Shown piece after piece: positions 1 through 9,445 of a DNA stretch of 64,000 nt. This stretch comes from a virus. Its lineage: Duplodnaviria > Caudoviricetes. The notes under the pieces were generated by a model. That model saw only the letters and a program-made list of their open reading frames with translations, had not been told where the DNA came from and made no database searches. The translations under genes and the position numbers were made by a program. The DNA lies in the IMG/VR virus record IMGVR_UViG_3300014091_000001, positions 1 to 64,000 of that record. The stretch is one strand, 5' to 3'. How positions within the stretch are numbered: position 1 is the stretch's first letter; each line of letters begins with the position of its first letter.

Positions 1-139
1 CTTCATGGGGATGTCCTCATGTGGCTTATGAAGACATTACTAACATCGCGGTGTATTAATCAACGGGGAGCAGGTCATTACCTCCAGCATCACTGGACGT
101 GCAATTTTTACCTCTGAAATTCCCCAAGATAAAATTGGC

Positions 140-679
140 ATGGAAACTGCGCGCCGCACATTGACTCGTCCAGCAATGCTTTTTTGCCTCGCTATTTTTC
201 ACTATCGCCAATCAGTGAGCAGGCTCAAACAGAAGGTGATGGCGTTTGCGTTGAAAGCCGCGACAGCTCTGCTTTTCGGCCAGATAAGGGGACGCATAAC
301 GAAGCGGGGGACGGGGGCGCAGAATGAGCCACAAAAGGAGATATTAAATTCTCCCTTAGAAAGCCAAAACAAAACAAATATTGCGCCGGAACCGTCGCAA
401 GATGTGAATAACATTTATCAGTCGGTTCAAGGGAAAACACTGGCGGAGTGGAATTTTCAGATCGCAAAAACACGAATTCAGGGGCAGATCAACGCTGCAG
501 AGAGCCGTTATCACGCTCGGCAGGAGAAACTAAGCGCTGAGACGCGCCAGCTCAAAGGTATGTTGCTCAAGATGCTTTCAACGTTCAGGCCTGGCTATGG
601 TGTAAAACCGGATAACGCTTTCCGCGCAAGTTACTCCAATGTGGAGTACGGCACGATCCCTAACGGCTTTCATGGATAA
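140..679 (+). CDS. RepL-like lytic replication initiator (C-terminal part; start uncertain, frame open from position 44)
   Basis: C-terminus YGTIPNGFHG and segment QGQINAAESRY resemble the recalled P1 RepL C-terminus (WGIPAGFRG; QKVEAAARKY). Converges on the endolysin gene at a bidirectional hairpin. Confidence 0.4.
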   Translation: METARRTLTRPAMLFCLAIFHYRQSVSRLKQKVMAFALKAATALLFGQIRGRITKRGTGAQNEPQKEILNSPLESQNKTNIAPEPSQDVNNIYQSVQGKTLAEWNFQIAKTRIQGQINAAESRYHARQEKLSAETRQLKGMLLKMLSTFRPGYGVKPDNAFRASYSNVEYGTIPNGFHG

Positions 680-703
680 CGCCCCGACAATCTGCCGGGG
701 CAT
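679..703. terminator. Hairpin between convergent genes
   Basis: ACGCCCCGACA-ATC-TGCCGGGGCAT inverted repeat between the two stop codons. Confidence 0.6.
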
Positions 704-707
704 GGTT

Positions 708-1196
708 TTACGCTTCGCTGGTGGACTTTTGCGCGCTCTGAACGGCGAGGCGGGCATCACCTGGAAGAGCTTCACCGGCAGGCCAGCGATAGCCGGTAAC
801 GCGGGTGCGCGGGAATGCGCGGATATTTACGGCATCTGACTGATTGCCTCCCAGCACCAGTAGATCGCGATTCTCGTTCTGGCCGACTACAAAGCCTACA
901 TGCCCGCCACCGTCGCGGGCAAATACGACGATACAGCCCGGCACCGGCTCGCGAAGCTCGGTTCCCCATGTCAGGTAGCTACGGGCCGATTCAAAACGAG
1001 TGGACTGGATACCCACGCGCTCAAGCATTGCCCCAACAAACGCCGAGCACCACGGGGTCTCATCGTCTTTGATGCCACCACGTTTGATATCGCGCCAGTA
1101 TTGTAGGATTTCAGGGCAGTGCTGCGGGCCTTTGATTTCGTGAATGTTAATGTTTTTGCGGGCTTCTGCTACCCAGCGTGGCTCGGTCTGACTCAT
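708..1196 (-). CDS. TIGR02594-family NlpC/P60-like peptidoglycan hydrolase, probable endolysin
   Basis: Motifs DDETPWCSAF (catalytic Cys), GGGHVGFVVG (His) and VLGGNQSD. Late-promoter motif directly upstream. Confidence 0.8.
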   Translation of the reverse strand: MSQTEPRWVAEARKNINIHEIKGPQHCPEILQYWRDIKRGGIKDDETPWCSAFVGAMLERVGIQSTRFESARSYLTWGTELREPVPGCIVVFARDGGGHVGFVVGQNENRDLLVLGGNQSDAVNIRAFPRTRVTGYRWPAGEALPGDARLAVQSAQKSTSEA

Positions 1197-1225
1197 CGTT
1201 TTTCCTCTTTCATAATGAGAGCCTT

Positions 1226-1246
1226 ACCGTAATCACTTTGTGATTT
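1226..1246 (-). promoter_or_regulatory. Putative late promoter (endolysin)
   Basis: AAATCACAAA-GTGAT-TACGGT on the minus strand; same architecture before 7 other late genes. Confidence 0.7.
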
Positions 1247-1282
1247 ATTCCGTGACAAAAGCGGCAACATTATTAACTTGCT

Positions 1283-1322
1283 AATACGTCATTTTGACGT
1301 ATTATTACGACATTATGTCGTA
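1283..1322. promoter_or_regulatory. Tandem palindromic operators overlapping a sigma70-like -35
   Basis: TACGTCA-TTT-TGACGTA (1285-1301) and TACGACA-TTA-TGTCGTA (1306-1322), 21 bp apart; TTGACG at 1294. Confidence 0.6.
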
Positions 1323-1351
1323 GTGCATCAGCAACCAACGAAGGATAAATA

Positions 1352-1651
1352 ATGTTGAATTCCGCTAACGCGAAGCTGCAAAAACTTGCTGTGGCTAATC
1401 ATGTTCCCGCCTGGAACGTTTATGTGGATCGTCGCCGCGCCACTTTCTGGAATGAGTCAGATGAGTACCTTACGCTGCTGGGTAAAAATGGTAATGAGGT
1501 TTTCCGCATTCAGGAAACTGCATACAGCGCCTGGGGGCGCATGGAAGAGGCGATGAAGGCATATGCAGCAACCGATGAATGTAAAAATGAATGGCTTCGC
1601 TATGTTGCTGAGGGTTTGCCTGTTTGTGGCCTGCTGGGGCTTGCGCTCTAA
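1352..1651 (+). CDS. Hypothetical protein
   Basis: 99-aa ORF with SD (AAGGA) and a downstream hairpin plus T-run. Confidence 0.65.
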   Translation: MLNSANAKLQKLAVANHVPAWNVYVDRRRATFWNESDEYLTLLGKNGNEVFRIQETAYSAWGRMEEAMKAYAATDECKNEWLRYVAEGLPVCGLLGLAL

Positions 1652-1710
1652 TGTTTGTTTTCCTGATAAACTAGCGGGCCTAACGGCCCGTTTTTATAGC
1701 TGGAGCGCTT

Positions 1711-1938
1711 ATGCCTCAATTGCCCCCTAATACCCCTGAAACAATCATCATCTTACGCAAACGCATGGGATTAACCCAAACGGAGTTAGCGTTGCGGATG
1801 GGCTACCCGCTGCGTTCATGGCAACGTAAAGAAGCGCTGGGCAAAACAAATACGCTTACGCTGAGTGAGTTTGAATATCTTCTGCTGATAGCCGACGCGC
1901 ACCCGCAATTTGAGCTGAAAAATAAAAAACCCGCTTAA
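1711..1938 (+). CDS. XRE-family HTH transcriptional regulator
   Basis: LRKRMGLTQTELALRMGYPLRSWQRKE helix-turn-helix; SD GGAG. Confidence 0.8.
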   Translation: MPQLPPNTPETIIILRKRMGLTQTELALRMGYPLRSWQRKEALGKTNTLTLSEFEYLLLIADAHPQFELKNKKPA

Positions 1939-1951
1939 TGCGGGTTTCTTT

Positions 1952-2242
1952 TCAGTTAACTATCAGTTCCGAAGGCTTTTCGTTGTCGTCCGGGTGTTCA
2001 TCGCCTGGCTCTACTTCGGGCCAGTCAATAGACCATCCTACTGTTTCGAGACTACGCAAAATAAATTGCACCTCCGCATCGGTCGTATTCACGATGCCAA
2101 GCGCGGAGCTGGGTTTGACCGACTTGAGATCCTCAGCAATTTCATCCAATGAGATATCGCCGGATATTTCTTTAATCCTGTTGTTATCCTCACACGCGAC
2201 GCTTCCCTTTCGACGGTCCGGCGAAGAAATATTAATCTGCAT
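1952..2242 (-). CDS. hxr: Hxr (dar-operon protein)
   Basis: Overlaps the ddrB stop as in P1; segment LGIVNT...WPEVE matches recalled P1 Hxr. Confidence 0.75.
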   Translation of the reverse strand: MQINISSPDRRKGSVACEDNNRIKEISGDISLDEIAEDLKSVKPSSALGIVNTTDAEVQFILRSLETVGWSIDWPEVEPGDEHPDDNEKPSELIVN

Positions 2243-5200
2243 TTTTCAACTCCTGTAAACATCCAATCACAAACTCGATAAGCCCATCTTTATTGAGAAT
2301 AGACTTTGCAGCGAGCACCGGGTTTGCGTAGCACTGCAGAGCCATAGAGAAAATCTCGGTTGATTTGCACTGACTAAGCGCAGGCGCTTTAGAAAGGAGT
2401 TTGCCGCTATCACTCACCCGGTTTTCCATATAGATTTTGGACATATAACTGTGGCTGAGTGGTGTTCTCACAATATACTCAGCACTCCCGCGCATACCCT
2501 GATTGACATAGTTAACGCGGTTTCCGGCTTTCATTTTCAAAAACGCCTTTGCACGTTCGAGAAGATGAGGGTTTGAAAACTCAATATGATGGCCCGCCTC
2601 ATGCCAGAGAATGTCCTCTGTATCGGTGTTTCCGTCAATGACGATACAGCGAAAGGGTGCGCTGGCGAAGGCTCGCACACCTTTTTGATGTTCGATTTTA
2701 TCAAGCGTTTCTACTTTGCCGTTTGCCAACGTGTAGACGCTGGCCATCGTTTTACGCAGATCATAACCTGGTCTGTACTCCAGGTCCGCTGCCGCCATAT
2801 CTGACACTACATCATCAAATTTGAGAGTGTCCGCATACGTGCGGGCTTGTTCCAGTGAAATGCTGGAAGAAGCCATTAAGTCGTCTAAGGCCGCCTTAAC
2901 TTTTCCGTGTATATCGTTGACTATTTTTGGGGGGTAAGCATCGCTTTTAGTAAATAAGTCCGAGATTTCATATAATTCATCCGCTATATTTTGATGGTCG
3001 GTAATGCGAAATCTCATCCGTTTTACATCATTTGCCAGGCCACCTCGCGGTATAAATATATCTTTCAGATATGCTTTCAACTTCTCGGGGCGATCCCGTA
3101 TTTTATCAATTTCCTGAACAATGAAATCCACCTGGTCATTCAATGACGACGTAAACTCATAGTCCATGAATGCGGCCATTTCTTTAAGTCTAAATAGCGG
3201 AGAAATGTACGCATCAGCCAGTTCATCACCGCTATAGTTCGTTTTAAGGCCTACGGCATCGAGTTTAGCCGCGCCTGCTGACATAACGCCGGTAATGTCA
3301 GCCAGGGCTTTTTTAGTGGCGGAAACAGCATCCTGAATAACAGCGATAATCTGCGCAACGCTCTGTGCGTTTTTTATTTTTTTATCATAACGCGCCAATG
3401 TTTTTTGGCTTTCCTGTGGCGGCATTTTCATATACCGGCCAACCCACACCCGACAATTACTTTTAATTTCATCCAGTGTTATCTCATCGGGGATCAACGC
3501 TCGTTCTGCAGAGTCGAGCCGGTGAAGGCGGTTGATCAGCAAATCGAGGCTTGTGCCACCCTTACACTGCGCAAGAAAACCTTCTATGTTTACATCGACA
3601 TTGCGCTCATCCGCCAAAGAAGGGGGAGCTGTGTCATTCTCAAGAGCCTCACGTAATGCTTTACTGTAGAAGACACTTTTACGGTAAGACTGGAGCATCA
3701 CATCAACTGCGGCAGGACTGAGTTGGTGGCGGGTTATCCACTCACGGATAAAGTCGTTTTTAAATGCGTAACGTGTATCAAAAGCAAGATCGCTTATGAT
3801 TTGTTCCATGCCACGCCTGGCTGACTGGAATTTTTTCGAAAGGATTACGATTCGGATGAGTTCAGCGCCGCTGGACGCCTTCGATATAAGTCCGGCCAGA
3901 TACGGATCGATGTTTCGTGCGTCAATCACCGATTCAAACATGGCAAAATTCAGCCCTTTCCCTTCCCCAAACTCATTTTCTATCTCCAGCGAAACGGCAT
4001 TGAGCACGTCCACCAGCGACAAATCGCCGCCGCCAAACATATCCCCAAGCGCCTGCTGCTGGTGGGTTAATTCGCTGTTTATCTTTTTCGCCATCTTTTT
4101 AAAGGCGGCACCAATGCGTTTTGCGCTGCGGTTGTTTGCCACAATAAAGAGCGCAAGCGCCTCTGCCTCTTTACTGGTTTCTTCAAACAACCCTTGCTGA
4201 GCTATCACTTCCTCCAGTGCCTGCCCGCTATCTTTGGCCTGGCGAACCAGGTTAATGGCTTCCTGCAACGCGGCTATGGCCTGTTTATCCAGCCCCTTAA
4301 CTTCCTCCACGCCACCAACCAGCCCGTTTACTGCCTGTTTGTGAACGTCACCAGAAAGCATCTGCATTTGTGCAAAATCACTGGCTGCTGTATTAAGCGC
4401 GGTAAGTATATTTCGCATGTCGGGATCGGGTTCTTCCGCCACCAGCTTTACCAGCCGTTCGTCTTTATATGCTTTGGCGAAGATGGCGTTCTGAATGCGG
4501 TCAATCAGCTGCTTGGTAGGCCTTCCGTCTGTGGTGATAAGACCCGCCGTGGCCGTGTCGCCAATTTCCTGCATAAACGACCTTATAAAGCCGTCATTGG
4601 TACGGGCCAATAAATTGCCCTCATCGGATGGCGCAAACAACGCCATGAGTCGTTCATCCAGCATTTCGGCGTCTACGAACGCCTTTTCGCTTGCGGCCAT
4701 TTCCTGTAAATCGGACAGGTTAGAATCGCGGGCAAACTTCGCGCGGTCCAGCTCGGTGACGCGCTCGCGTACCAGCACCGGCATACCCATCATCTCAATG
4801 TCCGCCGCTTTCAGCCCGTAGTCGCCAGCATGCTCAATCAGGTACTGCCGGTAGCTGTCAGCCTGCCCCTGTTCATAGGCGCGCAGGATACCCATAGAGC
4901 GGCCATTCCCGGATTCGACCACATTATCCGGGCCGACAATCGGCGCGCCGTGGCTGCTCAGCCCGGAGTCGGTCAGCTGAGCCGGTCGCAGGTTCCCCGC
5001 GATCTTGCTCACCTGAATTTTGCTGGACATTCGGGTGCGGTCACGCGGTTGTAGCTCGGCGGGAAACTGTGGATTAATGGTACCGTCAAGTTTGTTTGAG
5101 ATGATAAGGCTACGGGCATCAATTACCTTAAAACCAGTTTTTACCTCCTGCCCTTTACTGGTCACGACGTATGACGACCGGCCCAACGTGGTTTGGCTGT

Positions 5201-5276
5201 AATGCAAGGACGCCACCAGCGCCACCAGGCTATCCAGACCTTCCGCTTTGTTAATGGCATCTCTTATATCTTTCAC
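2232..5276 (-). CDS. ddrB: DdrB antirestriction-modulating virion protein with C-terminal zincin motif
   Basis: 1014 aa; ELQPRDRTR, LTDSGLSSHGAP, VESGNGR, LWHEAGHHIE and terminal LKNAD match P1 DdrB. Confidence 0.92.
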   Translation of the reverse strand: MKDIRDAINKAEGLDSLVALVASLHYSQTTLGRSSYVVTSKGQEVKTGFKVIDARSLIISNKLDGTINPQFPAELQPRDRTRMSSKIQVSKIAGNLRPAQLTDSGLSSHGAPIVGPDNVVESGNGRSMGILRAYEQGQADSYRQYLIEHAGDYGLKAADIEMMGMPVLVRERVTELDRAKFARDSNLSDLQEMAASEKAFVDAEMLDERLMALFAPSDEGNLLARTNDGFIRSFMQEIGDTATAGLITTDGRPTKQLIDRIQNAIFAKAYKDERLVKLVAEEPDPDMRNILTALNTAASDFAQMQMLSGDVHKQAVNGLVGGVEEVKGLDKQAIAALQEAINLVRQAKDSGQALEEVIAQQGLFEETSKEAEALALFIVANNRSAKRIGAAFKKMAKKINSELTHQQQALGDMFGGGDLSLVDVLNAVSLEIENEFGEGKGLNFAMFESVIDARNIDPYLAGLISKASSGAELIRIVILSKKFQSARRGMEQIISDLAFDTRYAFKNDFIREWITRHQLSPAAVDVMLQSYRKSVFYSKALREALENDTAPPSLADERNVDVNIEGFLAQCKGGTSLDLLINRLHRLDSAERALIPDEITLDEIKSNCRVWVGRYMKMPPQESQKTLARYDKKIKNAQSVAQIIAVIQDAVSATKKALADITGVMSAGAAKLDAVGLKTNYSGDELADAYISPLFRLKEMAAFMDYEFTSSLNDQVDFIVQEIDKIRDRPEKLKAYLKDIFIPRGGLANDVKRMRFRITDHQNIADELYEISDLFTKSDAYPPKIVNDIHGKVKAALDDLMASSSISLEQARTYADTLKFDDVVSDMAAADLEYRPGYDLRKTMASVYTLANGKVETLDKIEHQKGVRAFASAPFRCIVIDGNTDTEDILWHEAGHHIEFSNPHLLERAKAFLKMKAGNRVNYVNQGMRGSAEYIVRTPLSHSYMSKIYMENRVSDSGKLLSKAPALSQCKSTEIFSMALQCYANPVLAAKSILNKDGLIEFVIGCLQELKNAD

Positions 5277-5308
5277 ATGCCTGTCCTCTGTAGTTATCTG
5301 TCAGAGGA

Positions 5309-5329
5309 ATGGTAAAAGCTCTGTGATTT
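5309..5329 (-). promoter_or_regulatory. Putative late promoter (ddrB-hxr)
   Basis: AAATCACAGA-GCTTT-TACCAT. Confidence 0.7.
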
Positions 5330-5341
5330 AATCTGCCGGCC

Positions 5342-5367
5342 AAAAAAAAGCCCCGTCTCCGGGGCTT
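5342..5367 (-). terminator. Rho-independent terminator after ddrA
   Basis: AAGCCCCGGAGACGGGGCTTTTTTTT on the minus strand. Confidence 0.8.
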
Positions 5368-5371
5368 CGAG

Positions 5372-5710
5372 TTACAGGGTGTAATTGTTCTTCGTTATCC
5401 ATGCGCGTACTTGCTCGCGCATTTCATCCAGCGTAAGAAACTGGTCCAGATATGCCCCGACCTGGCGGAGTGTATCTACAAAATCCATTTGCGTTTGGCT
5501 TACAAATTTACCTGCCAAAAAATCTGATACTACGGAAGGCATAGTATCCGTTGGTGCGGCGCGCTCAGTGCCGTAACCCAGCTTCAACATTACTTCTTCA
5601 ATCTCGTCATTCAGATCGAGAAGGTCCAGCCCCTTGGCCGTTTGAGCCTTAATCATCAGTTCATCGAGCTGATCATTCAGGTCCAGCCGTTCCAGTGCGG
5701 TTAACGTCAT
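5372..5710 (-). CDS. ddrA: DdrA
   Basis: MTLTALERLDLNDQLDELM...VSDFLAGKFV matches P1 DdrA; sits between darA and ddrB. Confidence 0.85.
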   Translation of the reverse strand: MTLTALERLDLNDQLDELMIKAQTAKGLDLLDLNDEIEEVMLKLGYGTERAAPTDTMPSVVSDFLAGKFVSQTQMDFVDTLRQVGAYLDQFLTLDEMREQVRAWITKNNYTL

Positions 5711-8031
5711 GCGGGTGCTCCTTCACGCTGAATTGCCACCAGCAGATCAGAAAGGTGCTGCGCGGCATCGTTTACCAGAGGCTCGTTATCCACGTCGCGT
5801 CCAGCGGCCTGGAGCGCGCCAATAGCGCCACGGACTTTGGTTCGCGCTTCCCGGATAACGCCCATATCTTTCGACTGCAATGACAGGATGCTTTGCAGAT
5901 ATTCCAGCGCATCATTCGCGGCCTTGTCTGCCTCGGAGATCTCTTCACCGCCAGCGCCTTCGCTGCCTGCCTCTTTGATGGTGCCGCCCATTTTTTTCAG
6001 CATCGCTTCGATCTCACTATTTGAATATTCACCTTTGATAAGCTTCTCAGCATCAAACGGGTTATTCATCGGTTCCATGTTAATAAGATCACCGCCTGGC
6101 GTCTTGCGGCTGGTCAGCCAGTTTGCTACCTGATGTGCGCCATCCTGCGACATACTCAGGTAATGCCCCAGAAGTTTCTCGCGGTCCGTTTTACCGAAAG
6201 TGATATCGGTCTGGTTAGCGATCGCATGATCCATTGCAGCATACAGATTCGCCAGCCCCAGCATTTCGGTGCGGGTTGTAGCTGCATCGCCGCCAGACGT
6301 GTAATCCGCTACTGTTTTCGAACCAAATTTGTAGCCTTCCAGGTACGTTAGTGCGGTGTCATTCTTCATGCGCTGCGGCTCGGGGATGTCTTTTGCTGGT
6401 GGAGTCTTCGCAGCCTCAGCCAGCGCGCCTTTCATCGCCTGGAGGAAGTACGCCAGATCATCGCCCTGAGGGAATGCCACGTTTGGCGCGTCTTTGCGGG
6501 CAAAGGTACTGACCTGTGAGCGGAACGTATCAGCGTCATCCGTCGCCATTTCCAGATACTCGGCGGCGTAGCTGTTCATGCTGCCCTGAGCGATCGTCGT
6601 CGCCAGCGCATCGAGATCAGCATGCGTGGGGATAAGCTTTAGCTCAAAGGCCGACGCATCAGCGTCTGACAATGGCGATTCGTAAACAACGAAACCGTGC
6701 CGTGCAACGCGGGCGTAGGGTTCACCGCTGGATAATGGCGGCAGGATTGCTGTGTTGCCAGTGGGTATAGCTCCGACTCCTGCCGGTCGATTTACCAGGG
6801 CGTAACGGTATTTACCTTCGCTGGTCGATTCTTCGGCCGGTACCGCCCCTGCCGTTTCGGGCCCGTCCGCTTTATCGGGGTTTTCGGATGCGGATACGAC
6901 AAATTTTTCAGCTTTATTATCGCGGTAGGCTTTCAAGAGTTTCGTCGCCGTTTCGCCCATTTTCGCACCTTGAGACGACGGCGACTGCATTTTAAAAACT
7001 TTGCCGCTTGTATCTGTGATTTCGACCCAGCCTGATAGTTCACCGTTAAAATCAGCCACTTTATAGGAGATAACCGCGCCATTACTTAGGGTAGATTTAC
7101 CGTCCAAAGAGAGGTTTTGTTTAATCTGACGTGTAGTGTCGGTAAATACCCGGCCTGTTTCTCCCGGTAAGGTTACATCGCCACCATTCACCTTTAAGGA
7201 AGCCAGTTGCGCCTCAAGCTCAGCATTGATTTGACGTTGTTGTGAAATCTTATTTCGCAGAGTTTGGTTATCCCCCTGGCGCGCCAGCAAATCGTTTTGC
7301 TTCACTTCAACTTGTTCAAGCAGTGCGGACTGCTGATCGCTTAGTTGATCTGTTTCTGAGTTCAGGCCGTCAATATCAGCGCGTAATTTTACCTGCGCCG
7401 ACCTTTGCTTTATAAACTTAGCGCTGTTGCGTTCGACCAGGTTAGCCAGCGCCTGGCTTACCTGCTGCAACGAAACATCTTTCCCCCCAATCGGCGCTAC
7501 GATGTGAGTTACGTCACGTTTATTCAGCAAAAAACGAAATGCTACCAGCATATCGTTGTTCTTAATGCGGCCACTGTCGGCGGTCGGCGAATGAAAAATG
7601 AGTGAAATAGACTGACCATCAGATAACGGTATTTGTGCCGTCATGAGCGGAATATTATTAACGCGCCGGACTTTGCCAATTATGGCCCCGCCAATGGTAT
7701 TGCTGCCAGCATCGTCAACGTCGGCATCATTCGTTCCTGCAGTAATACCGGTCCCGTTCATGCCACGGTTCAGAGATCGAATAAAGGCCCGCATTGTCTG
7801 TGATAGTCGGATACGCTCGCTGGTGATAGCCTCAAACATTACATTCTGGCTAGCATGGATAATTTCATCACCAAGATACGCATGATCCACTTCGTCGATC
7901 GTGACGCTTTCCAACATCTTGTCGGCACTGTCACCCTTCATCAACTCATCATAAACATCCGGCGCCAGCGGCGGGGCTATGAAGTTCGGAACGTCGGTAA
8001 TCTGAAACCGTTCGGTAAGGGTTATTTTCAT
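5707..8031 (-). CDS. darA: DarA defence-against-restriction head protein with an internal insertion
   Basis: IPLSDGQSISLIFHSPTA, YRYALVNRPAG and terminal HLSDLLVAIQ match P1 DarA; 774 aa versus about 640 aa in P1. Confidence 0.92.
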   Translation of the reverse strand: MKITLTERFQITDVPNFIAPPLAPDVYDELMKGDSADKMLESVTIDEVDHAYLGDEIIHASQNVMFEAITSERIRLSQTMRAFIRSLNRGMNGTGITAGTNDADVDDAGSNTIGGAIIGKVRRVNNIPLMTAQIPLSDGQSISLIFHSPTADSGRIKNNDMLVAFRFLLNKRDVTHIVAPIGGKDVSLQQVSQALANLVERNSAKFIKQRSAQVKLRADIDGLNSETDQLSDQQSALLEQVEVKQNDLLARQGDNQTLRNKISQQRQINAELEAQLASLKVNGGDVTLPGETGRVFTDTTRQIKQNLSLDGKSTLSNGAVISYKVADFNGELSGWVEITDTSGKVFKMQSPSSQGAKMGETATKLLKAYRDNKAEKFVVSASENPDKADGPETAGAVPAEESTSEGKYRYALVNRPAGVGAIPTGNTAILPPLSSGEPYARVARHGFVVYESPLSDADASAFELKLIPTHADLDALATTIAQGSMNSYAAEYLEMATDDADTFRSQVSTFARKDAPNVAFPQGDDLAYFLQAMKGALAEAAKTPPAKDIPEPQRMKNDTALTYLEGYKFGSKTVADYTSGGDAATTRTEMLGLANLYAAMDHAIANQTDITFGKTDREKLLGHYLSMSQDGAHQVANWLTSRKTPGGDLINMEPMNNPFDAEKLIKGEYSNSEIEAMLKKMGGTIKEAGSEGAGGEEISEADKAANDALEYLQSILSLQSKDMGVIREARTKVRGAIGALQAAGRDVDNEPLVNDAAQHLSDLLVAIQREGAPA

Positions 8032-8660
8032 TGTTGCCCGCCTTTCATTTTAGAAATTTGCTGTTGAAGTTGCTCCGTTTTAGCAACTTCAAGGTTCAGA
8101 TCTGATTGAAGGGTACCGTGCTCTTTTTGCGTTAAATCCTGTTCGCTTTGAAGCGCGACCAGCTTTTCACTCACCGTTTTAATACCTTCTTTGAGAACAT
8201 CACGCCGCGCGCGCGCATCGCTTAGCATCTGGACACCTGATTTAACACCTCTGCTGGAGGCTGGCTTGTCTTTTTCCAGATCCATTTTCGCGGCGCGCGC
8301 AAGTTTCCTGGCGAGCGCCTTTTGGAAGGCAGTCGAGCCTTTATTAAAGAGATCCGCTAAAGATTTCCCCAGCTCTGCCATAGTCTTAACGTGTGTGAAC
8401 GGGGCGTTTTTACCGTTCAGCTTGATACCGGAGATGTCACCCGTGTTATTAACCTGCACAGACATAACCTGCTCATCCATGCCTTTGAGTTCAAAGGTTT
8501 TGGTAGGGATGCCATCCTTTTTTCGCGCTGTACCGGCTGGCGTAACTTTAACAACCTCGTAACCGGCTTTGGTAATAGCTTGTTTTAGCTTATTCAGACC
8601 TTTTTCGTTGAGTTCATCAAAATTAAGAAGTAGGTATGTATTCTTATTATTCGCAGACAC
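8028..8660 (-). CDS. hdf: Hdf (homologue of the DarA N-terminal fragment)
   Basis: FDELNEKGL...QVNNTGDISGIKLNGK matches P1 Hdf. Confidence 0.88.
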   Translation of the reverse strand: MSANNKNTYLLLNFDELNEKGLNKLKQAITKAGYEVVKVTPAGTARKKDGIPTKTFELKGMDEQVMSVQVNNTGDISGIKLNGKNAPFTHVKTMAELGKSLADLFNKGSTAFQKALARKLARAAKMDLEKDKPASSRGVKSGVQMLSDARARRDVLKEGIKTVSEKLVALQSEQDLTQKEHGTLQSDLNLEVAKTEQLQQQISKMKGGQQ

Positions 8661-9102
8661 TTAGCCCCCCTTTTTCGTCTTTGATAATTTGGTAATTACG
8701 TTTAAATGATTCCTGCAGCGGGAAGATTCGATATAAGGGGTTAGTCCTGCTGTTTCCGTGCGTTATTCGCACGGAGAGTTGCCAGATACCGGACTCCAGG
8801 TATCGTTCATCAATCAGCAAATATTCCTGGTTCATGCCCCGGGCTGACATATCCAGGGGGCGGGTTTTGCCTGTAATAACAGCTGTGGGATTTTTTGAAT
8901 CCCTCAAGCTGTATTCGATTTTGGCTCCAGTCAGACGAGAGCACGTTACGTTGAACCGAACCGGAAACGCGATCGCCCGCCCCCGCACCACGGCGTCGCC
9001 ACAATCGACCAGTGTGACTTGTTTCCTTGCTAACACGTAGCGATCCAATACCGCTACTGCAGCCATGCCATACAACCAATATTCATGAATGGCGCTCATC
9101 AT
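8647..9102 (-). CDS. lydB: Antiholin LydB
   Basis: N-terminal TM segment then DRYVL; THGNSRTNPLYRIFP matches P1 LydB. Confidence 0.85.
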   Translation of the reverse strand: MMSAIHEYWLYGMAAVAVLDRYVLARKQVTLVDCGDAVVRGRAIAFPVRFNVTCSRLTGAKIEYSLRDSKNPTAVITGKTRPLDMSARGMNQEYLLIDERYLESGIWQLSVRITHGNSRTNPLYRIFPLQESFKRNYQIIKDEKGGLSVCE

Positions 9103-9413
9103 CCCGAGCCTCCTTTGGGTCCAAATAAAAACTGAATTGCTGCTATCAGTCGGTCTTTTAGCGCAGTTGTTACTTCACGCCCGTTATTACTTGCAACCAG
9201 CACTGCCAGGTACATCAGACTCGGCTCCCACGCTTTATGCTGAGCGATGTAATACGCGGTTAATCCCGCCAGCACTGCCAATACCCATTCGGTTATAAAG
9301 TTAAGTAAGTTGCCCTTAATCCTTCCCTCTCGTACTCCATGAAGGAAAACTCCAGAACCACTGAGCAGAGACAGGGCAAGCACCGTGATCAATTTTGTCT
9401 CTATCTCGGCCAC
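9099..9413 (-). CDS. lydA: Holin LydA
   Basis: Three hydrophobic segments and ASNNGREV motif. GTG start after SD AGGAGG; the ORF-track start at 9503 lies upstream of the promoter. Confidence 0.85.
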   Translation of the reverse strand: MAEIETKLITVLALSLLSGSGVFLHGVREGRIKGNLLNFITEWVLAVLAGLTAYYIAQHKAWEPSLMYLAVLVASNNGREVTTALKDRLIAAIQFLFGPKGGSG

Positions 9414-9445
9414 AATCCCTCCTGAGTAGCCCGAACTGAGATTGG

